From NCBI GenBank assembly GCA_965200895.1, contig CBDAVM010000002.1, forward strand, positions 741,028 to 805,027: DNA of 64,000 bases, read 5' to 3'. Below the pieces are notes generated by a model. That model was not told the DNA's origin and searched no databases. It was given only the letters and a program-made list of their open reading frames with translations. The position numbers and the translations under genes were made by a program. This DNA is from Vicinamibacterales bacterium. GTDB taxonomy: Bacteria > Acidobacteriota > Vicinamibacteria > Vicinamibacterales > UBA8438. The first letter of the stretch is position 1. The number at the start of each line of letters is the position of its first letter. Shown here piece by piece: positions 27,920 to 37,353 of the stretch.

Positions 27920-30387
27920 GACTCCGCACTCCTCATCTGGAACGGCATGCTGTTGACGATGCCCAGGATTATCGACGACCAGCGGTAGCCGTCCGCCTCG
28001 GCCTCGGCGACAATCCGTCGAATGGTCGGTTGATCGTGATGCTCCATCGTGCGCCCGACGGCGTAGCCGAGCAGCTTCTCGGTGATGGTCCGCACGATGC
28101 TGACGTCGTAGGCCAGCAGCGCCTCGCGGAACCCCGCGGGGGTCTCGACCTCGGTGCCGTCGGCCAGCGCGCCCGCCGTGTCGACCGGCGCCCCCGCCTC
28201 GTCGGTGGCTCGCCAGCGGCCGATGGCGTCGTAGTTCTCCAGCACGAAACCGGGCGGGTCCATCACGCGGTGGCACGACGCGCAGGCGGGATTGGCGCGG
28301 TGCTGCTCCATCAGGTCGCGCATCGACAGCACCTTGCGCCCGCCGTGGTTCTCTTCGAGGGCCGGCACGTCGGCCGGCGGCTCCGGCGGCGGCATGCCGA
28401 GCACGTTGTCGAGCACCCACTTGCCGCGCAGCACCGGCGAGGTCCGGTTGGGATAGGCGGTCAGCGTCAGCAGGCTGGCGTGGCCCAGCAGCCCGCCGCG
28501 CTGCCCCGCATCGACCGGCACCCGCCGGAAGCGTTCGCCGTAGACCCCGGGGATGCCGTAGTGGCGGGCGAGCCGCTCGTTGGCGAACGTGTAGTCGGCG
28601 GTCAGCAGCTCCAGCAGGCCGCGGTCGGCGCGGAGCTGGCTCTCCAGGAACAGGGTGGTTTCCCGCTCCATGTCCGCCCGCAGGTTCTCGTCGAAGTCGA
28701 AGAAGATGTCGGCGTCCGGCACCACCCCCCGGATGCGGCGGAGCTGCAGCCACTGGCTGGCGAAGTTCTCGACCAGCGCGGAAGCCCGCCGGTCGGCCAG
28801 CATCCGCCGCACCTGCCGCTCCAGCACGCCGGGCGCGCTCAGCCGCCCCTGCTCGGCCACCCGCAGCAGCTCGTCGTCGGGGATCCCGCTCCACAGGAAG
28901 AACGCCAGGCGCGACGCCAGCTCCAGGTCGGTCAGGCGGTACGCAGCCCCCGCCGGGATGTCGACCGGGTCGCGCTCGATCCGGAACAGGAACTCCGGCG
29001 CCACCAGCAGCCGCTCGAGCGCCTTCTGGATGCCCCCCTCGAAGCCGCGCTCGGCGTGACCCGCCGCGTAGAAGCGCATCAGCGTGTCGACGTCGGCGCC
29101 GGTGACCGGCCGGCGGTAGGCGCGGCGGGCCAGCGTGGCGAGGATGTCCCGCGCGCACTGCTCCGCCTCGGCGTCGGCATCGGTCGCGGGCCGGCACGTG
29201 AACAGCTTCCGGCGGCTCGGCGTGTCGCCCGGGCCGGTGGCGTCGTGCGGACCGGTGATCTCGACGCGCTCGACCGCAGCGTTCCCGTGGTAAAACCCAA
29301 GGCCGCTCAGCGAGAACCCGGACAGGCGACGCTCCAGCACGCCGGTCGGCTCGCTGCGCGCGTCGACGAACGAGACGCCGACCACGTGCGGACCGGCCGG
29401 CGCCGGGAAGCGGACCACCAGGTTGGCGTCCGCCTCGTTCGAGACGTACTCCTCCCAGGCGGGGTCGCCGCGGATGGTCCCGAAGAAGCTGTAGGCCGAA
29501 GGATAGCCGTGCCGGTCGGCGTCGCCGACGGTGAAACTCCCCACGAGCGCGCCGTCCAGACGCACCTCGATGGTGTGCGAGCGCCCCATCCCGACGATGT
29601 AGTCGTAGATCATCCGCCGCAGGCGGATGCGGACCTCGTAGTCGCCGTCGAGCGGAAAGTAGTGGCGGATCGCCATCCCGCCGCGCGAGCCGAACGGCAG
29701 CTCCTCGCTCGCCCGGTCGTTCTGGTACCGCAACCGCGGTGTGCTGTAGGTGGCGGCCACATAGCCTGGCCCGATCGTCGGATCGCCGACCGCGAGGCGG
29801 CTCACCCGGTTGGCCGCGGCCAGGTAGCGCTCGAACAGCGCCGGCGAGACCGAGAGGACCTCGCTGTTGGTGTCGAAGCCCTGCTGGTCGACATCGTCGG
29901 CCGGAAAGAGCAGCCAGCTCTCGTCGACGTCGAGATCGATCAGGCTGCGGACGGCGTTGACGTACTCCGCCGACGTCATCCGCCGCACCGCGGGGCGGCC
30001 CGGATAGGGCTCGGCCGCTGCCGTGCGGTCGAGCTCGGTCTCCAGCCACGTCACGAAGCCGTCGTGCGCCGCCCGGTCCGGCCGGGGCCGCCCCGACGGC
30101 GGCATCATGCCGAGCCGCAGCTTGCGGACCACCTTCTCCCAGGTCTCGGCGCCGGCGCCGACGTCAGCCAAGTCGAGCCCGTCGAAGGCGAAGGGGATCG
30201 TTCCGCGGGCCGCCATCCGCTCGTTGTGGCAGGTGACGCAGTAGCGGTCGAGCAGCGCTTGGTGCGCTGCAACCGGCGCGTTCGGCTCCTCGGCCGCCGC
30301 CGGATCGGGAGCGGCCGTCTGGCCCGCCGCCGGACTCACGACCGCGAGGGCGACCAGCACGGTCGCCGGAACGCGCTGGATCTTCAT
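27916..30387 (-). CDS. DUF1592/DUF1588/DUF1595-type multidomain protein with an N-terminal CxxCH motif
   Basis: Signal peptide MKIQRVPATVLVALAVVSPAAGQ and CVTCHN heme-like motif. The 823-aa architecture is typical of the partner of DUF1552 proteins. Confidence 0.8.
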   Translation of the reverse strand: MKIQRVPATVLVALAVVSPAAGQTAAPDPAAAEEPNAPVAAHQALLDRYCVTCHNERMAARGTIPFAFDGLDLADVGAGAETWEKVVRKLRLGMMPPSGRPRPDRAAHDGFVTWLETELDRTAAAEPYPGRPAVRRMTSAEYVNAVRSLIDLDVDESWLLFPADDVDQQGFDTNSEVLSVSPALFERYLAAANRVSRLAVGDPTIGPGYVAATYSTPRLRYQNDRASEELPFGSRGGMAIRHYFPLDGDYEVRIRLRRMIYDYIVGMGRSHTIEVRLDGALVGSFTVGDADRHGYPSAYSFFGTIRGDPAWEEYVSNEADANLVVRFPAPAGPHVVGVSFVDARSEPTGVLERRLSGFSLSGLGFYHGNAAVERVEITGPHDATGPGDTPSRRKLFTCRPATDADAEAEQCARDILATLARRAYRRPVTGADVDTLMRFYAAGHAERGFEGGIQKALERLLVAPEFLFRIERDPVDIPAGAAYRLTDLELASRLAFFLWSGIPDDELLRVAEQGRLSAPGVLERQVRRMLADRRASALVENFASQWLQLRRIRGVVPDADIFFDFDENLRADMERETTLFLESQLRADRGLLELLTADYTFANERLARHYGIPGVYGERFRRVPVDAGQRGGLLGHASLLTLTAYPNRTSPVLRGKWVLDNVLGMPPPEPPADVPALEENHGGRKVLSMRDLMEQHRANPACASCHRVMDPPGFVLENYDAIGRWRATDEAGAPVDTAGALADGTEVETPAGFREALLAYDVSIVRTITEKLLGYAVGRTMEHHDQPTIRRIVAEAEADGYRWSSIILGIVNSMPFQMRSAES

Positions 30388-30727
30388 GATGGCTCATTCT
30401 AGGAGCTTCCGCCGCAGGAACGCAATGAAATGCGTTGCGGCGCAAGTTCCCGGGGCGGTGGGGGCTGGGGCCGAACACGGCGTCTTGCGACGGGCTTGGC
30501 GGCGCCGGCGAGGCGACCGGGCGCTGTCAACGACCTTTCGCAGCCCCTCCAAGTCGCGCCAATCGGATCGTCAGCCCATTCCTCCCGCATTGTAGGTGAC
30601 GTCAAGTCACGGCGGCAGCTCGCGGGCGCCAGCGACGAACGGTCGCTGCCGAGGAACTTCCGCATGCGGGACTCCACCACACCGCTCCATCCTGTCTCTC
30701 GTCCCCGCCGCGACCGGTCCGGGGCCG

Positions 30728-31237
30728 TCAACGAACGATCCAGTACCCGACGACGGACCACCCGCCGGCTTCCGACACGGCCGTGACACGCTCGACGGTG
30801 TCCGGCCGCATCGCGTAGTCGGTGTCGAACTCGAAGACGAAGTAGTCCCCCGGCGGCGCCGTCGCAGAGGTCCCGTCGGGCAGCGTGTACGGCACGGTCG
30901 TCGCGCGCCTCGTGCTGCCGAGCGTGCGGGACTCGACCACGCCGAGCTGCGCCCGCCCCTCCTGCAACGCGTTCCTGAACTCGTCGGCAGTCACCTGTTC
31001 CCGGAGAAAGCTCCCCGCGGCCGCGTAGGCAGCCGCGTAGTCGCCGGCATCGACCAGCACCAGCCACGCATCCATAGACCGTTGCGCGGCGGCTGCGTCC
31101 GCCTGCGCCGCGGTCGTAGGCGCGACGGTCGTGGGCGCGACGGGGCCTCCCCCGCCGTCGTCGCCGCACGCCGCGGATCCTGCCGCCACGATGGCGAACA
31201 GCACGACGACGCCCGTCCGCGAACTCGCCGATCTCAT
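30728..31237 (-). CDS. DUF4019-like lipoprotein
   Basis: The ATG at 31237 overlaps the upstream stop (ATGA). Lipobox AAGSAAC. AWLVLVDAGDYAAAYAAAGSFLREQVTADEFRNALQEGRAQLG is typical of DUF4019. Confidence 0.65.
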   Translation of the reverse strand: MRSASSRTGVVVLFAIVAAGSAACGDDGGGGPVAPTTVAPTTAAQADAAAAQRSMDAWLVLVDAGDYAAAYAAAGSFLREQVTADEFRNALQEGRAQLGVVESRTLGSTRRATTVPYTLPDGTSATAPPGDYFVFEFDTDYAMRPDTVERVTAVSEAGGWSVVGYWIVR

Positions 31238-31473
31238 TTCCAAGCCTCCACAGAACAGGGCGGCAGCCCCGGTCCGGGGTTGAAGTCGAGCAGTCCCGGG
31301 GAATGCATGCCGGCGGCGACGGCGGCCAGACCGGTCGCGACGACGCCCGCCAACCCGATGGCCAGCGCCTGTCCGCCGGCGATGCGAAGGAACGGGTTGA
31401 ACAGCCAGCGGGCGGTGGTCATCTCGTGCGGGACCGGCGGGCTATCGGTCGTCTCCTGCGGCATCGGTGTCAC
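31234..31473 (-). CDS. small membrane protein (start ambiguous: GTG 31473 or ATG 31464)
   Basis: One hydrophobic span, GQALAIGLAGVVATGLAAVAAG. Lies between two genes with overlapping stop/start codons. Confidence 0.45.
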   Translation of the reverse strand: MTPMPQETTDSPPVPHEMTTARWLFNPFLRIAGGQALAIGLAGVVATGLAAVAAGMHSPGLLDFNPGPGLPPCSVEAWK

Positions 31474-31825
31474 CTCCTGCGGCGGCGCCGATCGCCCCGC
31501 CTGCGGCGGCGCCGATCGCCCCGCCCGGTGTCGCGGCCGATTCCTGCGCCTCGACGAGTGCGCGCAGGCGGGCGCTCAGGTCGTCGAGTCGGTTGCGGAC
31601 CGTCGGATACGAGACGCCGTAGAGCCTCGCCATCTCCTTCAGGCTGCCGCTGTGCAGGATGAAGGCGAGGGCGAACTGCCGATCCTCGGCGTCGAGCCGC
31701 GCCAGGGCCGGCAGCAGATAGTCGCCGTGAACCGCGGTCCCGCAGCCGGGGCACGCGAGCCGGACCACCCGCAGATCGCCGCCGCAGCTCGGGCACGACG
31801 TCGGCAGCCGGCCTCGGCGCGCCAC
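31442..31825 (-). CDS. DUF2089-family protein (zinc ribbon plus HTH)
   Basis: GTG start with a GAGGA RBS. CPSCGG..CPGCG zinc ribbon, then LKEMARLYGVSYPTVRNRLDDL HTH. The C-terminal tail contains a 24-bp tandem duplication. Confidence 0.7.
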   Translation of the reverse strand: MARRGRLPTSCPSCGGDLRVVRLACPGCGTAVHGDYLLPALARLDAEDRQFALAFILHSGSLKEMARLYGVSYPTVRNRLDDLSARLRALVEAQESAATPGGAIGAAAGGAIGAAAGGDTDAAGDDR

Positions 31826-31842
31826 GTGTCATCCTCGCACGG

Positions 31843-31900
31843 AAAGAAATATTATTCAACCAGAACTTAATAAAAAGAATATGCAGGTGAATTTTAAGAT
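31843..31900 (-). promoter_or_regulatory. AT-rich island (putative promoter/UP region of the DUF2089 operon)
   Basis: gaaagaaatattattcaaccagaacttaataaaaagaatatgcaggtgaattttaagat stands out against a high-GC background. It lies immediately 5' of the 31825 start. No clean -35/-10 pair was assigned. Confidence 0.4.
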
Positions 31901-32170
31901 CCGTGGCCCCTGACGCCGATGCCGCCGGTGTCGCGCATCACCGTGTTCCCCGACCCGGCCCACAAGCGGGAGAACTGCTGACGGGCGACGACGCCGCGGC
32001 ACCGCGCATCAGCGATTCGGCCGGCGCCCGGCGGGACCGGTTCGCGGCGCGACCGGGGGCGACATGCACCTGTCGCGCATCGTGAGCACCCCTCGCCGCC
32101 GGGCGACCGTCGGGACACGGGTTGCCGACGCCGTACGCGGAACGGGTATCCTGAACCGGGAACGTGACGC

Positions 32171-32731
32171 ATGACCCACTTGTCCCGCTGGAAGTCGCGC
32201 GCGACCGCGCTGTTCGGGGGCGTCGCCCTGATCTGGGCCGTGTCGCTGTTCGCCCTCTACGTGAACCCGAACCTGATCTCCGCGCTGGCGCTCGTCCCGC
32301 GGCGGATCGACAGGCTGGCCGGCATCCTGACCTCGCCGCTCGTGCACGGCTCCTTCACCCACCTGGCCGCCAACACCGTCCCGTTGCTGATCCTGGGCGG
32401 CATGGTCGCGACGCGCGGGGCCCGCTACCACCTGACGGTGACGCTCGCCATCGTCGTGCTCGGCGGCTTGGCGCTGTGGGTCCTCGGACGCGACGCGGCG
32501 CACATCGGCGCGAGCGGGCTGGTCTTCGGCTACTTCGGCTTCCTGATCGCCCGCGGCTACTACGAACGCCGGCTGACGTCGATCGCCGTCTCCGTCGTGG
32601 TGGTCGTCGTCTACGGCGGGATGATCGCCGGCGTGCTGCCGCAGGGCGGCCATGTCTCGTGGGAGGGACACCTGTTCGGGCTGCTCGCCGGAGGCGCGTG
32701 CGCCCGGACGGCGCTCGCCCGGAGGCGGTGA
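32171..32731 (+). CDS. rhomboid-family intramembrane serine protease
   Basis: Six hydrophobic spans, HxxxN-type HLAANTVP, catalytic GASG and downstream HLFGLLAG. Confidence 0.8.
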   Translation: MTHLSRWKSRATALFGGVALIWAVSLFALYVNPNLISALALVPRRIDRLAGILTSPLVHGSFTHLAANTVPLLILGGMVATRGARYHLTVTLAIVVLGGLALWVLGRDAAHIGASGLVFGYFGFLIARGYYERRLTSIAVSVVVVVVYGGMIAGVLPQGGHVSWEGHLFGLLAGGACARTALARRR

Positions 32732-33132
32732 CTGGCGGTGACCGCGTCGGCCGCGGATCGGAACGCCGCAAGAGATCGTCGCCCGTGCCGCCGGGCTTGC
32801 CGAGATTCACGTGCCGGGACGAAACCGGCAACATGTGACATAACCCGGCACGTGTAGAGTTGATGCAGGCATCACCGGACCCGTGTCGCCTCGATAGACA
32901 AGGCCGAGCTTCCGGTCGACGGCTCGGCGCGACTGCCTTGATCACGCTCACGTCGCCGTTCGTACCGGTGCCGAGCAGCACATCGGCACAGCCCTGCAGG
33001 ATCATCTTCCGCCTGTACGGAGATCAGACAGGTCGGATGGATGTTTCCTGACGCCGCCTCCGGGCGGCCGGAACCGATGGACCACCGATCGACAGCCCCT
33101 CGGTGCGCCGAGTACGTCGGAAGGAGACAGCG

Positions 33133-34128
33133 ATGACGGCGTTCCGCGCGTTCCGGGTCGAGAAGACCGCAGACGGGCAGTTCCGTCGCAGCATCGTCGA
33201 GCGAGACATCGCCGACCTGCCCGCCGGCGACCTGCTGATCGACGTGGCCTGGTCGTCGCTCAACTACAAGGACGCGCTGTCGGCGACGGGGAACCCGGGC
33301 GTCACCCGCCGCTACCCCCACACGCCGGGCATCGACGCGGCGGGCACGGTGGTCGAGTCGTCGTCGGACGCCTTTGCACCGGGGGATGCGGTCATCGCCA
33401 TCGGCTTCGACCTCGGCATGAACACGCCCGGCGGGTTCGGTCGGAAGATCCGCATTCCGGCCGGCTGGGCCGTCCCGCTGCCGGACGGCCTCGACGCGCG
33501 CACCAGCATGATCCTCGGCACCGCCGGCTTCACCGCCGCACTGTCGGTGCACAAGCTCGAAGGGGCCGGCATGCGGCCGGACGGTGGCCCCGTGCTGGTC
33601 ACCGGCGCCACCGGCGGGGTCGGATGCATCGCCGTCAGGCTGCTCGCGCATCTCGGCTACGAGGTCCACGCGGTCACCGGCAAGCCGGCGCGCCACGACT
33701 TCCTGCGCGGACTGGGCGCGCGCGAGGTCCTCTCGCGCGAGGAGGCGCTGGCGGGCGCCGACCGGCCGCTGCTGAAACCGCGCTGGGGCGGCGCCGTCGA
33801 CACCGTCGGCGGCCCCCTTCTGTTCAACGCGGTCAAGGCGCTGCGCTACGGCGCCAGCCTCGCCGCCTGCGGCCTGGTCGCCTCGCCCGAGATCCCCGCC
33901 ACCGTCTTCCCGTTCATCCTGCGCGGCGTGAACCTGCTCGGTATCGATTCGGTGGAGCTGCCGCTGGCGCAGAAGACGGAGATCTGGAACCGGCTGGCCG
34001 GGCCGTGGAAGCTCGACGGCCTCGACGCGCTCGCCGTGCCGCTCACCCTCGACAGGCTGTCGGACGCCATCGACCGCATCCTCGCCGGCGGGATGGTGGG
34101 CCGGGGGGTGGTCGACCTCGACGGGTGA
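33133..34128 (+). CDS. YhdH/YhfP (AcuI-like) family NADPH-dependent quinone/acrylyl-CoA oxidoreductase
   Basis: AAGGAGA RBS and ATG at 33133. LIDVAWSSLNYKDALSATGNPGVTRRYPHTPGIDAAGTVV, VLVTGATGGVG. Confidence 0.8.
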   Translation: MTAFRAFRVEKTADGQFRRSIVERDIADLPAGDLLIDVAWSSLNYKDALSATGNPGVTRRYPHTPGIDAAGTVVESSSDAFAPGDAVIAIGFDLGMNTPGGFGRKIRIPAGWAVPLPDGLDARTSMILGTAGFTAALSVHKLEGAGMRPDGGPVLVTGATGGVGCIAVRLLAHLGYEVHAVTGKPARHDFLRGLGAREVLSREEALAGADRPLLKPRWGGAVDTVGGPLLFNAVKALRYGASLAACGLVASPEIPATVFPFILRGVNLLGIDSVELPLAQKTEIWNRLAGPWKLDGLDALAVPLTLDRLSDAIDRILAGGMVGRGVVDLDG

Positions 34129-34245
34129 GGACGAACGTCCCGACCCTCTGCGCGGTGAACCGCAGGTCGCTCCCGAATCCTTCCGTCCGGTATCGAGGGC
34201 GGCGAGTCGGTTCGTGCCCGGTGCGCGACAACCGCGGGTCGCGCC

Positions 34246-34941
34246 TCAGTCCTCCTTCCAGGGGTTGTTGGCGAAGAGGGCGAACTCCGGCCACAGCGCG
34301 CGCGGGTGCAGGCTGAGCGCCGCCATGATGGCCTCGGCGATGTCGATGGCGTACAGCTTGTTCGGGTTGTTGCGCCCGGTGCGGCCCATCCAGTCCGTCT
34401 GGACCTCGGACGGGCAGACGCAGGTGACGTGCACGCCGTGCGGCCGGAGCTCGGTCTGCCAGCACTGGCTGATGCCGCGCACCGCCCACTTGCTGGCGGC
34501 GTAGACGGTGCCCGCCCCGCCGCCCTTCATGCCGGAGGTCGAGGCGATGTTGAAGATCCAGCCGCGCTGCTGCGCCCTGAGCAGCGGTGCGACGCGGTTG
34601 GTCAGGTCGACCAGACCGAACACGTTGATGTCGAACAGGGCCCGCATGCGCTCCATGTCGATCTCGCCCACCTCGGCGAGATAGCCGACGCCGGCGTTGT
34701 TGACCAGCACGTCGATGCCGCCCATCCGGTCGACGCACGTCTCCACCGTGCGCTGGTTGTCCCCGGCGCGCGCCACGTCGGCCCGGATGCCGTGGGCGCC
34801 GCTCTCCGCCGCGACGCTGTCGATGCGCCCCGGGTCGCGGCCGGTGAAGACGACCTCGTGCCCCTGCCTGCGGGCGAGCGAGACGAGCGCGGCGCCGATG
34901 CCCTGGCTGGCGCCGGTGACGAGAAACCTCTGCTTGTCCAT
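34246..34941 (-). CDS. short-chain dehydrogenase/reductase (SDR)
   Basis: ATG at 34941. TGASQGIGAAL cofactor motif, NNAG, catalytic YAASKWAV. Confidence 0.85.
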   Translation of the reverse strand: MDKQRFLVTGASQGIGAALVSLARRQGHEVVFTGRDPGRIDSVAAESGAHGIRADVARAGDNQRTVETCVDRMGGIDVLVNNAGVGYLAEVGEIDMERMRALFDINVFGLVDLTNRVAPLLRAQQRGWIFNIASTSGMKGGGAGTVYAASKWAVRGISQCWQTELRPHGVHVTCVCPSEVQTDWMGRTGRNNPNKLYAIDIAEAIMAALSLHPRALWPEFALFANNPWKED

Positions 34942-35205
34942 CTGACGAATGCCTCCCAACCTGCCGTGCGGAGAATGTCTCCAGCCAAGCCTTGACCTCG
35001 GACGCACCGTGCGCCCGGGTTGCGTGCGGCAATCCTACCCGCTCCGGAGCGGGTCTCGTCGAGCGCCCGCAGCGGGCCGGCGCCGTCAGGGTCTCGGCGT
35101 CGGGGGCGCGGGCGCCCGCTCGGGCGGTCCGCGATGGCGGCGATGCGGGTTCCACCTGCCGACGCCATCTCTCCGGATGCCGTAAGCTTGTCGCGCAGAA
35201 TCGCC

Positions 35206-36270
35206 ATGGAGACGATGAAGGCTGTCCGCTGCCACCGCTACGCCGGCCTCGACGAGGCCGGCCGACCCGTACCGAAGCCCGATCCGCTGCGGGAGGTCCT
35301 GTCGCTGGACGAGACACCCGCACCGGTGTGCGAGCCCGGCCACGTCGTGGTTCGGACGCACTTCGCCGGCGTGCAGTATCCCGACGCCCTGCAGGCGCAG
35401 GGGCTGTACCAGCACAAGCCGGACCTGCCCTACGTCCCGGGCATGGATGCGGCGGGAACGGTGCTGGCGGTCGGAGACGGCGTCGATCACGTGCAGGTCG
35501 GCGATCGGGTGATCGCCCAGATGAACCTGGGCGGCCTCGCCGAGGCCGTCGCCGTCCCGGCCGCGTCCGCGTGGAAGGCGCCGGACGAGGTGTCGCTGGA
35601 GCGCTGCGCCAACCTGGGCCGGAACTACTTCCCCGCCTACCACTCGCTGAAGGTCCTGGGCGAGGTGGGCCCCGGCAGTCTCGTGCTGGTCGACGGCGCA
35701 TCGGGCGGGGTCGGCATGGCCGCGGTGGAGCTGGCCAGGGCGATGGGCGCACAGGTCATCGCCGGTGTGAGCGTCCCCGAGAAGCAGGAACTGCCGGCCG
35801 CGGCCGGAGCCGATCGCGTGCTGTGCTACGGCCGCGACCGGCAGAGCTACCGGCGGTTCAAGAACGACGTTCGACAGGCAGCGACCGAACTCGGTCATCC
35901 GGACGGGGTCGACGTGGTGGTGGACATGGTTCAGGGCGAGCTGTTCGAGGCGGCCCTGGTCTCGTCCATCCGTCCGCTCGGACGGATCTGCCTGGTCGGG
36001 TTCACGGCGGGACAGAGACCGATCCGCCCCGGCCTGCTGCTCATCAAGGCGGCCGTCGTCATGGGCAGCATGTGGGCGGGCTGGGCCGCGCGAAATCCGG
36101 AGGCGCACCAGCGGAACGTCGCGCGGATCCTCGACTACCTGGCGACCGGCGCGATCCGGCCGCGCGCCGATCGGGTCTACGCACTCGACGACTTCATCGC
36201 GGCCTTCGAGCTCTTCGAGCGCAACGAGGGCCGCGGCAACACCGTGGTCCGCTTCCCCGCCGGCGAGTAG
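35206..36270 (+). CDS. zinc-type alcohol dehydrogenase-like / NADPH:quinone oxidoreductase (MDR family)
   Basis: ATG at 35206 (METMKAVR). PYVPGMDAAGTVLAVGDGV, VLVDGASGGVGMAAVELA. Confidence 0.8.
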   Translation: METMKAVRCHRYAGLDEAGRPVPKPDPLREVLSLDETPAPVCEPGHVVVRTHFAGVQYPDALQAQGLYQHKPDLPYVPGMDAAGTVLAVGDGVDHVQVGDRVIAQMNLGGLAEAVAVPAASAWKAPDEVSLERCANLGRNYFPAYHSLKVLGEVGPGSLVLVDGASGGVGMAAVELARAMGAQVIAGVSVPEKQELPAAAGADRVLCYGRDRQSYRRFKNDVRQAATELGHPDGVDVVVDMVQGELFEAALVSSIRPLGRICLVGFTAGQRPIRPGLLLIKAAVVMGSMWAGWAARNPEAHQRNVARILDYLATGAIRPRADRVYALDDFIAAFELFERNEGRGNTVVRFPAGE

Positions 36271-36418
36271 CCGCACCGCCGGACCGGCTGCGCAGATCGC
36301 GGATGTCGATCCGCAGGCAGGCGAACAACCCCGGGAGCAGGGCAGGCGTCAGCCAGGGCGTGATTCCATCATCCTCACGATCCTACCGCCGGAGCCGACG
36401 TGCGGGTATAGTAGGACC

Positions 36419-37327
36419 ATGCTGACGAGAAGATCGATGCTGTTGACTCCCCTGGCCGCTTCCCTGGCGCGCGTGGCCACCGCGCAGTCCGCCGCTCCCG
36501 GAAAGATGCTGCTCGCGATGCACCAGAACACGTCGAGCGGCGCCGGTTTCCGCGGCTCGCTCGAAGGCTGGTCGCGGGCCGGCATCCGCTACGTCGAGCT
36601 GGGCTCGCCGCTGCTGCAGGGATTCCTCGAGAACGACACCCTGCCGGCCGCCCGGCGCCTGCTCGAGGACCTCGATCTGACGCCGGTGTCCGCCGCGGTG
36701 GTACTGCAGGACATCTGGCTGCCGGGTCCGGCGCGGGCGGAGTCGCTGGAGGCGTGGCGGCGCGGCTGTGATCAGTTCGCGAACCTGGGCCTGCAGAGGA
36801 TCTACTCGCCGTCGGTCACCGGCCGGCCGGTAACCGCCGACGACTTCGCGGCGACTCCGGACTGCATCCGCGAGGCGGGCGACATCGCGGCCGAGTACGG
36901 CCTGACCGCGATGATCGAGTTCACCCGCACGTCGACGCATCTGGCCACGCTGACCTCGTCGCTGCAGGTCATCCGCGCGGCGGCGCACCCCAACGTGCGT
37001 CCGATGCTCGACTTCTTCCACTTCTGGTCGGGCCTGAGCAAGTTCGAGGACCTCGACCTGCTCGAGCCGGGCGAGCTGGCCCACGCACACTTCCAGGACC
37101 TGCTCGATACTCCGCGTGAGCTGATCGACAACGACTCGCGGATCATTCCCGGCGACGGCATCGCGCCGGTGGTCCGCATCCTGCGGAAGCTGGCCGAGAA
37201 GGAGTTCACCGGGGCCCTCTCGGTGGAGCTGTTCCGCGCGGAGTACCAGCAGGGAGACCCGTTCGAGGTCGCGACCGAAATCCGCGGCAAGTGCGAGGCC
37301 GTCATGGCGGAGGCGGAGGTCCTGTAG
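36419..37327 (+). CDS. xylose-isomerase-like TIM-barrel protein (sugar phosphate isomerase/epimerase family), exported
   Basis: Signal MLTRRSMLLTPLAASLARVATAQSA. Core IRYVEL, MIEF, DFFHFW typical of the AP-endonuclease-2/TIM family. Confidence 0.7.
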   Translation: MLTRRSMLLTPLAASLARVATAQSAAPGKMLLAMHQNTSSGAGFRGSLEGWSRAGIRYVELGSPLLQGFLENDTLPAARRLLEDLDLTPVSAAVVLQDIWLPGPARAESLEAWRRGCDQFANLGLQRIYSPSVTGRPVTADDFAATPDCIREAGDIAAEYGLTAMIEFTRTSTHLATLTSSLQVIRAAAHPNVRPMLDFFHFWSGLSKFEDLDLLEPGELAHAHFQDLLDTPRELIDNDSRIIPGDGIAPVVRILRKLAEKEFTGALSVELFRAEYQQGDPFEVATEIRGKCEAVMAEAEVL

Positions 37328-37353
37328 CCGCCCGGCTGCCGCCCCGAGGACGC

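Noticed and set aside
26552-30049. 1165-aa ORF as one protein
   Set aside because: Its upstream 700 codons overlap the DUF1592-type gene in another frame and are Arg/Gly/Pro-rich noise. An internal ATG at 27919 with an ATGA overlap and a Tat signal gives the credible DUF1552 gene.
32872-33696. 274-aa minus-strand ORF overlapping the AcuI-like gene
   Set aside because: It is antisense to a gene with clear MDR-family motifs and an RBS, and its composition is typical of a shadow ORF.
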